Shown one piece after another: positions 11,520 to 19,644 of a stretch of 25,130 bases of DNA. The DNA comes from an archaeon (GTDB lineage Archaea > Undinarchaeota > CAZHTU01 > JBDRCC01). The stretch covers positions 1 to 25,130 of the forward strand of contig JBDRCC010000008.1 in assembly GCA_043822065.1 (NCBI GenBank), given 5' to 3'. The translations under genes were made by a program, and so were the position numbers. The stretch's first letter is position 1; the number at the start of each line of letters is the position of its first letter. A model generated the notes under the pieces. It had not been told where the DNA came from. It did no database searches and worked only from the letters and a program-made list of their open reading frames with translations.

Positions 11520-12722
11520 ATGCTGCTAATAGCCGCAATCCTCGCCGTGCTGCTTATCGCGAAGCTGTTCGGCGAGCTTGCAAACCGTTTTGGCTTCCCT
11601 AGCGTTATAGGCGAGCTGTCTGCCGGCGTCTTTATAGGCCCGGTGCTCCTCTGGCTGTATGGCATCACTGGCATAGAGCAACTTGCCGCAATCCCGAACT
11701 TCGTAATTGGCAACCCGATATTCCAGGTGTTCTCCGACCTTGGCATATTCTTTTTGATGATACTCGCGGGGATGGAGATGAGCCTGGACGAGCTGCTGAA
11801 GGTGAAATACCGCGCCTTTGTCGTTACCTCAGGCGGGGTCATCCTCTCATTCATACTGGGCTATGCCGTCGGCGCCTACTACAAGCTGCCGTTTCTTGAG
11901 AACTTCTTCCTCGCGTCGTTTTTCACAGTCACAGCAGTCGCTGTCTGCGTCAAGCTCCTGCTCGACCTGAACCTCCTGCGGTCGCGCATAGGCTACACAA
12001 TAGTCACTGCCGCCACGGTGGACGACGTAATTGGCATGTTCCTCCTGACTGTCCTAATCGCGATGTCAAAAGGCACGGTAACTGCCCTGAACTTTGCCAT
12101 ACTACTCGGAAAAGTGGTTTTGTTCTTCTTCGTTTTCCTTGGCGTTGGCAGGTATCTGATGTTCAACTTCATCCACATCTCCCGCAAGATGAAGAGCTCA
12201 GAAGCAGTTTTTACCATGGCGCTGGTCGGCGGCCTGCTGATAGGCATCGCAGCGGAGGCAGTCGGGCTGAGCATGATAATAGGCGCCTTCATTGCAGGGC
12301 TCCTCATACGCGAAGCGACGCTGTACACCCGCGACGGGAGCATGATTGCCCATCGGTTCTCCGGAATAGCCCTCGGCTTCCTGGCGCCGATATTCTTCGT
12401 ATGGGTCGGGCTTTTTGTCAACCTGCACGCGCTCGCAACTAATCTCGGATTCACACTCCTAGTCATAATCGCCGCGCTGGCGGGAAAGATAATCGGGTGC
12501 GGCGGGGGCGCATGGCTTACAGGATTCAAGAAAAAGGAGGCCCTGACCATAGGGATAGGCATGTCCGCAAGGGGCGTCGTCGGCTTGGTCATACTCGAGA
12601 TGGGCAGGGCGGCAGGCGTAATCGGCCCGACTGTCTTTTCGATAGCCGTTGCGATGGCCTTTGTCACAACGCTTATAACTCCCGTCCTCTTTGGTCGGCT
12701 GATAAAAGATGCCAAAATTTAG
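11520..12722 (+). CDS. Cation:proton antiporter (CPA2, NapA/Kef-like)
   Basis: 400 aa, about 12-13 TM helices. PSVIGEL.AG..IGP, AATVDDVIG, PIFF..VG, AGKIIG and GMSARG motifs. Confidence 0.93.
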   Translation: MLLIAAILAVLLIAKLFGELANRFGFPSVIGELSAGVFIGPVLLWLYGITGIEQLAAIPNFVIGNPIFQVFSDLGIFFLMILAGMEMSLDELLKVKYRAFVVTSGGVILSFILGYAVGAYYKLPFLENFFLASFFTVTAVAVCVKLLLDLNLLRSRIGYTIVTAATVDDVIGMFLLTVLIAMSKGTVTALNFAILLGKVVLFFFVFLGVGRYLMFNFIHISRKMKSSEAVFTMALVGGLLIGIAAEAVGLSMIIGAFIAGLLIREATLYTRDGSMIAHRFSGIALGFLAPIFFVWVGLFVNLHALATNLGFTLLVIIAALAGKIIGCGGGAWLTGFKKKEALTIGIGMSARGVVGLVILEMGRAAGVIGPTVFSIAVAMAFVTTLITPVLFGRLIKDAKI

Positions 12723-13386
12723 GATTTTTCCGCACAGAGAGTACGAAATGAAGATTCTGAGGATTGTCGAGGACGAGCTTGATGCGCTTGATGCGGTCAA
12801 CGACGCCTGCATTCACGCTATAAAACATTTCCTTTCAAAAAAGAAAACTTCTGCGAAGCAGCTTGACGACGACGTCTGCGAGGCGGACAAGCTGGAGGAC
12901 AGCATTGACGAGCTCATGATGAAGCTCGAGAGCAGCTATTACGACAACATATTCTTTCCGCTCTCGCCCGACGACCGCGTAATCATCGCTAAGGATGGGG
13001 ATGCAATTGCGAGCGCACTGAAAAGCGTGATATCCCTGCTCGAATACGACGGCATCGTGCCTATCCACTCCCTCGATAAGGAGCTGCTCAGGTTTGCAGA
13101 GAAGATACATTCCATCGTTGCAAGGGCGGCTCAGATGACCCGGAAGTTCTACAAGTACGAGGCAGAGGAGTACAACCTCGTTGACGACTACCGAGCAGTT
13201 TCCGACGCCGAGCGGGAGATAGACGCCCTTCTGTGCTCCCTCCTGAAAAAAATACCCAAATTCAAAAAAGCAGACCCATACAATGCCATCCTTTACAGGG
13301 ACTTGGTCCTTTACTGCGAACGGGTTGCTGACGGCTGCATGAAGGCGGCGGAAAATATCCTTGTAATCCACACCAAGATAACATAG
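12709..13386 (+). CDS. DUF47 / PhoU-like helical protein
   Basis: Duplicated LEDSIDE and AEREIDA motifs, FFPLSPDDR, CERVADGC..AAE. Overlaps the antiporter 3' end. Confidence 0.8.
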   Translation: MPKFRIFPHREYEMKILRIVEDELDALDAVNDACIHAIKHFLSKKKTSAKQLDDDVCEADKLEDSIDELMMKLESSYYDNIFFPLSPDDRVIIAKDGDAIASALKSVISLLEYDGIVPIHSLDKELLRFAEKIHSIVARAAQMTRKFYKYEAEEYNLVDDYRAVSDAEREIDALLCSLLKKIPKFKKADPYNAILYRDLVLYCERVADGCMKAAENILVIHTKIT

Positions 13387-13417
13387 ATTTATAAACTGCA
13401 GGATCCACCGGCATTTT

Positions 13418-13912
13418 ATGAAATGGCTGATACTGGCTATTGTTTTGGCCATAGGCTGCGCCTCGCCTCATGCGGAGCCTGTCGAAAGTATGCTGCCTGC
13501 GCAGGCGTACTTTTGCCCGCAGGACGACTGCACCTCAGCTATTCTCGCAGAGCTAAGCTCCGCAGAAAAATCAATCCACTGCGCGTTTTACCTGTTCACA
13601 CTACCTGAAGCCGCTGACGCGATTGTACAAAAGCACCGCGCGGGCGTTGACGTGTCTGTCGCCTTCGAAGCTCAGTTTACCGACTCCAAATGGTCCCAGT
13701 ACGGCTACCTTGAGCAGAGCGGCGTTCAGGTCCGCAAGGACTCAAACCCCGAGCTCATGCATTCCAAATACTGTGTCATCGACGGCAAGACCGTCATTAC
13801 CGGTTCATTCAACTGGACGAGGACCGCGGCAGAGTTGAACGACGAGAACATCCTAATCATCCGTTCGCCAGAGCTTGCAGAAAAATACGAGTCCAATTTT
13901 AGGCGGCTCTAA
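13418..13912 (+). CDS. Single-HKD phospholipase D/Nuc-like lipoprotein
   Basis: Signal peptide ending LAIGC. Motif HSKYCVID-x6-GSFNWT..A...NDEN. Confidence 0.9.
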   Translation: MKWLILAIVLAIGCASPHAEPVESMLPAQAYFCPQDDCTSAILAELSSAEKSIHCAFYLFTLPEAADAIVQKHRAGVDVSVAFEAQFTDSKWSQYGYLEQSGVQVRKDSNPELMHSKYCVIDGKTVITGSFNWTRTAAELNDENILIIRSPELAEKYESNFRRL

Positions 13913-14292
13913 ACGAAAATGCTCATGCCGACTAGCGCGACAGCAATTATGCTTAGCATGACCGCGATTATCAGCTGGAGGAGCCATGCGACAAGCGCGC
14001 CGCTCCAGGAGATGCCGAATCCGAACTTGTACACGCCCAAAAGCGCGAAAAACGAGAGGAGGCCGATAAGCGGGGTGCCAACTGCGTCCAGCAGGAAAGT
14101 CGAGGCTGTGACAATGACCATGCCTATGAGGTTTACTGAGAGGACCTTGTAGAACGTGAGCCCCTTTCCGCCTTTTGTCGCCCCCATGGTTATGACCTTT
14201 AGGGCAAGATACAGCGGCACCGAGCCAAGGATGAACGAGACCACTATAATGCCTACAAAAACTAGGAGCCCGCCAAGGATTTCAAGAGCCAT
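13909..14292 (-). CDS. Small 4-TM membrane protein
   Basis: 127 aa and hydrophobic. VYKFGFGISWSGALVA resembles VLKYRFDMEWGKSVLVA in 15758-16189. Confidence 0.75.
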   Translation of the reverse strand: MALEILGGLLVFVGIIVVSFILGSVPLYLALKVITMGATKGGKGLTFYKVLSVNLIGMVIVTASTFLLDAVGTPLIGLLSFFALLGVYKFGFGISWSGALVAWLLQLIIAVMLSIIAVALVGMSIFV

Positions 14293-14520
14293 TTACTCAC
14301 CCTCAAACTGCTTTTTTAGGCAGGCTGCCGCGGTTTCAGGCATCAATGAAAAATTCTTCGCAACCTTCGGGAATGCGAACATAAAACCCAGCAGCGCCGC
14401 AACCTTTAGCATCTCCATTTGGAGCGTTTCAACGCCCGGGAAGCCTATTGTCCTGACCCCAGTGCACCCTGCAGCAAGCAATGTGGAAAAAACCCCAGCT
14501 AATCTATGTGCTTTTCTCAT
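14293..14520 (-). CDS. Hypothetical small membrane protein
   Basis: Two hydrophobic segments. Its stop abuts the next ATG (TAAATG). TATA AAGGTATATAAAT at about 14566-14578. Start uncertain. Confidence 0.55.
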   Translation of the reverse strand: MRKAHRLAGVFSTLLAAGCTGVRTIGFPGVETLQMEMLKVAALLGFMFAFPKVAKNFSLMPETAAACLKKQFEGE

Positions 14521-14648
14521 TTTTTTAGCGTCAATCAACTTACAATACTAATATTGCCCTTTGTTATTTATATACCTTACACCACTATATCCCGGTATAT
14601 ACTCTCCAGCCCACTAGTTTTATATCTTTCCCAAGCTTTGTGTTCTTG

Positions 14649-15470
14649 ATGGTCTTCGAGTACTTCCTTGAACCGGAAAAAGCCGAGCAGGACCCGAGGC
14701 AGGCGTTTCTCCTCGCGGCAATGCTCTCGACCATAGCCATACTCCTAAGCATAATTTTGTTCCCCCAATATGCCAGCTTTACCACCCTATTTTTCGTGGC
14801 TCTTGGCTCGTCACAGTTCATCCACAAGATTTTCCTCGACGAGGCAGTCGGCGCGGAAAAGGCGAAAAGCGTGAAGGAAATGCTCAAGCGGGACCTGCCG
14901 GTTACAAAAATCTACTTTTACTTTTTTCTCGGCATGGTCGCGACATTTCTGTTTTGGATAGTCGTCCTAAAAGATTATGGCTTCTTCCTCTTCCGTGCGC
15001 AGGAGGAGTTCCTTGGAATCCCGATCGCGGGCGGCAATGTCGGCGGCGGCTCGTTCGCGTTCTTGGTTATCCTCTTAAACAACATCCTCGTGCTGACAGT
15101 ATTTTTCTTCATCTCAATAGTCTTCACAGCCGGCTCCCTTTTGGTCCTCGGGTGGAACGCATCCCTTTTCGCAATGTTTATAGTCCTAGCCGCGAAGCGC
15201 GTTTCCGAATACGGCCTCCTCTCCGCAATAACCAAGATTGCGCTGATATACTCTGTGCATTCAATCCCGGAGTTTATCTCCTACTTCCTTGCGGCGAACG
15301 CAGGCGCCGTCCTATCAATGGGCATAGTGAAGCGGGGCAAAATAGATGCTGCCCTCCAGAACATAATAAACGACTCTTTTGTGCTGATGTTCCTTTCCTA
15401 CGCCATCGTGCTAATCGCTGCGTTCCTGGAGGCGTTTGTCTCGCCGCACCTGATTGCTTCGCTGTTTTAA
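14649..15470 (+). CDS. SpoIIM/DUF95-family membrane protein
   Basis: ILLNNILV, LGWNAS and HSIPEFISYFLAANAG..LS motifs, plus AAFLEAFVSP. Start at ATG 14649, about 25 nt after TTTTATAT. Confidence 0.85.
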   Translation: MVFEYFLEPEKAEQDPRQAFLLAAMLSTIAILLSIILFPQYASFTTLFFVALGSSQFIHKIFLDEAVGAEKAKSVKEMLKRDLPVTKIYFYFFLGMVATFLFWIVVLKDYGFFLFRAQEEFLGIPIAGGNVGGGSFAFLVILLNNILVLTVFFFISIVFTAGSLLVLGWNASLFAMFIVLAAKRVSEYGLLSAITKIALIYSVHSIPEFISYFLAANAGAVLSMGIVKRGKIDAALQNIINDSFVLMFLSYAIVLIAAFLEAFVSPHLIASLF

Positions 15471-15480
15471 TAAAATAAGG

Positions 15481-15572
15481 GGCCGAAGCCGAGATTTGAA
15501 CTCGGGGCGGGGGATTTCTGCAACTATTGGTTGCCACAGTCCCCCATGTTACCAGGCTACACCACTTCGGCC
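15481..15572 (-). tRNA. tRNA-His(GTG) with encoded G-1 and an 18-nt intron at 37/38 (15516-15533)
   Basis: Acceptor GCCGAAG/CTTCGGC, C73, loop CT-GTG-G[intron]A. CTGT/GCAG central helix with two 3-nt bulges. Confidence 0.95.
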
Positions 15573-15574
15573 AT

Positions 15575-15656
15575 TTGTTCGACCTAATGACTGCCCCGCG
15601 ACCTTTCTTGGTCCAGCTTCTTTTTAAAGAAGGTGGGGCTACACCACTTCGGCCAT
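15575..15656 (-). repeat. 62-nt hairpin insert plus 20-bp duplicate of the tRNA-His 5' end
   Basis: ggctacaccacttcggccat is identical at 15555-15574 and 15637-15656. The insert begins CCACCTTCTTTAAAAAGAAGCTGGACCAAGAAA. Confidence 0.85.
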
Positions 15657-15757
15657 CTTAGAATCCTGGTTTGGGGCAGCACTACTATAGACGCACCCCG
15701 ATTATTAAAGATTTTGGTATCGGAAGGTTTTTATCCTAAAAATACCCATATATCCGC

Positions 15758-16189
15758 ATGGACCTAACCGCGACCACCCTGATAGCAGCCATGACTGCGT
15801 TTATGGCAGTCCTTGGGGTAAGAATGCCCCGGCTGGCGGTTTGGGACATCGTCATAATACTCACCGTCGCATACTTCGTCGCCCTAGCCGCCTCCCTGAT
15901 GATACTGCGGTTTTCCCTGTTCGTCCTTTCTGCAAAAAACGAGGCAATCAACTGGAAAAACCTGTTCGTGTGCATAATATTCCGGGACATAGTCTCGATT
16001 TCACTTTCCATCGTGCCATTCTTCATAGGGGGCATAATCGCCTTTGCAGTCTGGGTCGGCGTCCTGAAGTACCGTTTCGACATGGAATGGGGGAAGTCGG
16101 TTCTTGTCGCCGTCGTAGCCTCGATGATACCGATAGCCATTGCGATATTTGCCCTAATGGGGCTTTTGGCGCTGGCTGTCGCCCTGTAG
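15758..16189 (+). CDS. Small membrane protein, paralog-like to 13909-14292
   Basis: 143 aa with 5 hydrophobic segments. BRE/TATA GGAAGGTTTTTAT at about 15722-15734. Confidence 0.75.
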   Translation: MDLTATTLIAAMTAFMAVLGVRMPRLAVWDIVIILTVAYFVALAASLMILRFSLFVLSAKNEAINWKNLFVCIIFRDIVSISLSIVPFFIGGIIAFAVWVGVLKYRFDMEWGKSVLVAVVASMIPIAIAIFALMGLLALAVAL

Positions 16190-16226
16190 CACAAAGCTTT
16201 TATTTGAACGCCATATCCTACTCACA

Positions 16227-16970
16227 ATGCCGCCTAAGATAATACTCTGGGACTTTGACATGACCCTGACCTCCTCGAACTCCGAGCGGATGCTGCTTGT
16301 CGAGGTCTACAGGCACCACTTGCGGAACCGCAACGTTATCCGGCTCATCCAGCTCGCGCCAATCACATTGGCATTGATAGCCATACGCGGGATATACAAA
16401 CTCGTAAAGCGGGTCCACCGCCACTATTCCGACCGGGGCTTTTCTTTCTTTTATTCATTCTCCGCTATGGCATTCCTGCGCTTCTGGCGCGCCGGCTTTA
16501 ATTCTGTCCTCCGGACCTATCCATATTCCGCCCTCGTCAAGTGGACGGAGGCAAACAAGAACGTAATCCTGCCGGGGGCAGGAGATGTGCTCAGGCGGGC
16601 GAAGAGGCGCAAAATCCGGAATTACATAATCTCTTTCGGCTCTGACCAGCTCATAATAAACATCCTGAAGTCAGCCGGGCTGTGGAAGCTTTTCGACGGC
16701 ATTTACTCAAACCAGCTTGTATATGACGGGGAGCGGATCGTTTCGACAAAGACGAACATCTGCGCCATGCCGGACAAGCTCAACGCTGCAAAGCAGATAC
16801 TCAAGAACTACAACCTCCAGTTCAAGGATGCTGCCGCGGTGGGCGACGGTCCGCTTGACATTGAGCTGCTTAATGCAGTCGGCTATCCCGTCGTAAAGTA
16901 CAACCCAGTAAACCCCATTTCCGTCAAAGGTGCGAAGGTAATCCGAAACCTTGGGGAGTTCCCGTATTAA
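16227..16970 (+). CDS. HAD-superfamily hydrolase (SerB/IB-like)
   Basis: Motif I DFDMTLT, motif II IISFG, motif III K, motif IV GDGPLD. Confidence 0.9.
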   Translation: MPPKIILWDFDMTLTSSNSERMLLVEVYRHHLRNRNVIRLIQLAPITLALIAIRGIYKLVKRVHRHYSDRGFSFFYSFSAMAFLRFWRAGFNSVLRTYPYSALVKWTEANKNVILPGAGDVLRRAKRRKIRNYIISFGSDQLIINILKSAGLWKLFDGIYSNQLVYDGERIVSTKTNICAMPDKLNAAKQILKNYNLQFKDAAAVGDGPLDIELLNAVGYPVVKYNPVNPISVKGAKVIRNLGEFPY

Positions 16971-16971
16971 A

Positions 16972-17691
16972 ATGGGCATAGTTTATTCTGACGAAGGGCA
17001 CCATGGCATGACCCTGGTGGAAAAGGCAGATAGGTTTTCGGAATGGATGTACTCTGAAATAAAGCCTTACCTCCACGGCAACATTATTGAAATTGGAAGC
17101 GGTATTGGAATCTTCTCCTCAAAGGTCATAAGGGATTTTAGGGGCAGCAAAATAGTAGTTTCGGACATCGACCCACATTACGTGCAGCACCTTACCGAGC
17201 GCTTTAAATCCAACAAAAATGTGTCAGCAATCCGACTTGACTTTTCAAAATCTACAGATTTCAAACAAGTTAAGCACAGGGCAGACTCTGTTTTTGCACT
17301 GAATGTCTTGGAGCATGTCAAAGACGACGTTGGTGCCCTGAACAATGCCTACGATCTCTTGGCAAAAGGCGGAACCTGCATTATCCTAGTTCCCGCACAC
17401 AAATTCCTGTTCAACTCTCTCGACAAGGTTATGGGACATTACAGGAGATACACCAAGAAAGAGCTAGTTCAGACGGTAGCAAAAACAAAATTCAAGGTCA
17501 AACGGGTCTTTTACTTTAATTTTTTCTCGATATTCGGGTGGTACCTGAATGGCAACATCCTCCGAAAAACAACAATCCTCGAAAGCGGGATGGGGCTGCT
17601 GAACTTGTTAGTTCCGTTTCTCCGCTTTTTCGAGAAACACCTATTGCGGCAGATGTTGGGGCTCTCCCTAATTATCGTTCTAGAAAAATAA
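16972..17691 (+). CDS. Class I SAM-dependent methyltransferase
   Basis: IIEIGSGIG, NVLEHVKDD, GG..IILVPA and D..MGHYRRY, a type often linked to surface-glycan genes. Start at ATG 16972. Confidence 0.9.
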   Translation: MGIVYSDEGHHGMTLVEKADRFSEWMYSEIKPYLHGNIIEIGSGIGIFSSKVIRDFRGSKIVVSDIDPHYVQHLTERFKSNKNVSAIRLDFSKSTDFKQVKHRADSVFALNVLEHVKDDVGALNNAYDLLAKGGTCIILVPAHKFLFNSLDKVMGHYRRYTKKELVQTVAKTKFKVKRVFYFNFFSIFGWYLNGNILRKTTILESGMGLLNLLVPFLRFFEKHLLRQMLGLSLIIVLEK

Positions 17692-17692
17692 A

Positions 17693-17780
17693 TGGTGCGG
17701 AGGACGAGATTTGAACTCGCGTAGGCACTAAGCCACTAGCCCCTCAAGCTAGCACGTTTTCCAGGCTCCGCCACCTCCGC
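17693..17780 (-). tRNA. tRNA-Leu(GAG)
   Basis: Acceptor GCGGAGG/CCTCCGC, loop TT-GAG-GG, long variable arm, encoded ACCA. Confidence 0.96.
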
Positions 17781-17824
17781 ATGGAGGGCGTGACTACTTA
17801 GTAGTCCGCCTTAAATTAAATAGT

Positions 17825-18187
17825 TTATCCAGTCTGCTGGCACCTGCTCTTGAATCCCACTGAGCAGAGCATTCTCCTGAACCCGTTTGGCTCGTCGGCT
17901 GAGCCCTGCTGCGACTCCTGGAAGGCATTCTGGCTTCCATTTTGGCTTTCTGAGTCTCCCTTGCCAAACATGTTCCTGAAGAAGTTCGAAAACCTCTCCC
18001 TAAGCCTTGTCTGCTCCTGTGTTTGGGTCTGAGTGCCGTCTTGGCCTGAGCCGCCTGAGCCTTGGGCTCCATTTTCCAGTGAGAGGGTCGTGGATTGGTC
18101 ACTCCCGTATCCTGCGTTTCCTCCCTGTTCTGCGAGGGCCGCCGGCAGCGCTAACAGGAGCGCAAATACAATAACTGCTGTTTTCAT
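17825..18187 (-). CDS. Secreted low-complexity Gln/Gly/Ser-rich protein
   Basis: Signal peptide MKTAVIVFALLLALPAALA, GGTGA SD upstream of ATG 18187, QTQTQEQTRLRERF, two C-terminal Cys. Confidence 0.75.
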   Translation of the reverse strand: MKTAVIVFALLLALPAALAEQGGNAGYGSDQSTTLSLENGAQGSGGSGQDGTQTQTQEQTRLRERFSNFFRNMFGKGDSESQNGSQNAFQESQQGSADEPNGFRRMLCSVGFKSRCQQTG

Positions 18188-18210
18188 TCGCATCACCTTT
18201 TTTTGTTGGA

Positions 18211-18285
18211 TGCCCCGGACGGAATTTGAATCCGTGTCGTGGCCTCGAGAGGGCCAAATGCTTGACCGGTCTACACCACCGGGGC
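18211..18285 (-). tRNA. tRNA-Glu(CTC)
   Basis: Acceptor GCCCCGG/CCGGGGC, anticodon arm TGGCC-CTCTCGA-GGCCA, T-loop TTCAAAT. Confidence 0.96.
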
Positions 18286-18289
18286 ATAG

Positions 18290-18363
18290 CGCGCCTGGGC
18301 GGATTTGAACCGCCGACCGTCCGGTTAACAGCCGGGTACTCTACCAGTCTGAGCTACAGGCGC
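18290..18363 (-). tRNA. tRNA-Asn(GTT)
   Basis: Acceptor GCGCCTG/CAGGCGC, loop CT-GTT-AA, G73. Only 4 nt upstream of tRNA-Glu. Confidence 0.96.
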
Positions 18364-18364
18364 A

Positions 18365-18441
18365 GCTTTACAGTCCTTTGCGTTTCCCGTATTCTTTGCA
18401 TCAGCTTTCTTTATAAGAAAGCTGACTGAGCTACAGGCGCA
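18365..18441 (-). repeat. 61-nt hairpin insert plus 16-bp duplicate of the tRNA-Asn 5' end
   Basis: ctgagctacaggcgca is identical at 18349-18364 and 18426-18441. The insert begins TCAGCTTTCTTATAAAGAAAGCTGATGCAAAGAA. Confidence 0.85.
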
Positions 18442-18510
18442 TTTTTGCAGCTCTTTGCATACGCAAAGCTGTGCAGAGTAGATATGCTCGTTTTCTTATA
18501 AACTTATCCG

Positions 18511-19644
18511 TTACGGCAGCCAGTCCTCGTTCTTTATCTTTTCTGGGAGGTACTCCTCCGAGACGAATTCGAGGGACTTGTTTGCGAGCGCCTGCTGCTC
18601 TATCCTCAGCCCCATTGTCATCATCTTCTTCAGCTCATCCTGCCAGTGCTTGTTCTGGAACCACGGGTACTTGAGCTCCTCACGTATCCTCTTCTTGTCG
18701 AGCTCCTTGAGCCTTTCAGTGACGTTCTGGAGCTTGTAGTTCTCGATGTCGTCCATCCGCATCCCGATGAACTTGCACTCCGGCGTGCCGAGCTGGTCGG
18801 AGAGGTAGGCAAGGTTTATCGAGCCCATCTTTATGACCGAGTATATGTAGTACCCATAGGGGTCCCCGTCCGTGAAAACGATTATCGGCATCTTCTTTTC
18901 TTCGCTCAGCTTGTGTATGAGCCGCCTTATGCCCCTTGACGCCTGCCCTTGGGTAGCAAGGAGTATCGCCTTGTTCTTCTCGGCGAACTTTTCCTCTATC
19001 AGCCGCTCAAACATGGCGGCGGTCTCTATCACGAGGGCGTACTTCGCCTTGACCGACTTTATCTCGAGCTCCTCGACGTTTGAGGGAATGCCCCATCCGC
19101 CCCTCCCGAGCTTCGAGCAGTCTATCTTGTCCTTGCCGTCCTTAATGACAATGTCTCCGTACAGGTAGCCCTTCCTGTCCGCAGATATGTTGAGCCTTTC
19201 CCGCAGGGTGTCGAGCATCCGCTCAAGGTCCTCTATGCACGGGTCTGACTCCTCCTGCCCCTCGAATGTGTTATCGTTCGTGCTTCCGAGGGTGTGCTTT
19301 AGCTGGTAGTAGACCTCCCTGATGCTTGCGTGCTTGTTCGCGTCAACAAGCCTTTTGGCGAGCGACGCTACGAGGACTGTCTGCATGAACTTCCGCGCGT
19401 GCGCGACGTTCATGAAATGCCGGTAGGAGTATTTGTTTCCGAGCTTCAGCAGCCTCTCCTTGGTGTCGAAATAGACGTTGTTCAGCCCCCGCATGGGTAT
19501 CCTTAGTGCCGGGTCCTTCTGCTGCGAAAACGAGTCGACTACTGTCTTGCCCATAGTCGTTATCTTGCCAGAGACGTCCTTCCCAGTGTAAATCGCCTTT
19601 GTCTTCTTCACTCCAGCCGCCTTCTGTATTTTCGACGTTGCCAT
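18511..19644 (-). CDS. top6A: DNA topoisomerase VI subunit A
   Basis: SIREVYY catalytic Tyr, QEESD, TOPRIM IE and [14 protein letters not shown]. Confidence 0.97.
   Translation of the reverse strand: MATSKIQKAAGVKKTKAIYTGKDVSGKITTMGKTVVDSFSQQKDPALRIPMRGLNNVYFDTKERLLKLGNKYSYRHFMNVAHARKFMQTVLVASLAKRLVDANKHASIREVYYQLKHTLGSTNDNTFEGQEESDPCIEDLERMLDTLRERLNISADRKGYLYGDIVIKDGKDKIDCSKLGRGGWGIPSNVEELEIKSVKAKYALVIETAAMFERLIEEKFAEKNKAILLATQGQASRGIRRLIHKLSEEKKMPIIVFTDGDPYGYYIYSVIKMGSINLAYLSDQLGTPECKFIGMRMDDIENYKLQNVTERLKELDKKRIREELKYPWFQNKHWQDELKKMMTMGLRIEQQALANKSLEFVSEEYLPEKIKNEDWLP

Noticed and set aside
11993-13452. Long antisense ORFs opposite the antiporter and DUF47 genes
   Set aside because: Codon-bias shadows of well-supported genes.
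15657-18348. Integrated element bounded by the tRNA fragments
   Set aside because: Each duplicate lies only 61-62 nt from its own tRNA. There is no integrase and no shared att pair around this interval.
15555-18441. CRISPR array or split-tRNA interpretation of the tRNA duplications
   Set aside because: Only two copies per locus with different repeats and no cas genes in the window. Intact tRNAs are present and I found no BHB-forming complementary leaders for trans-splicing.
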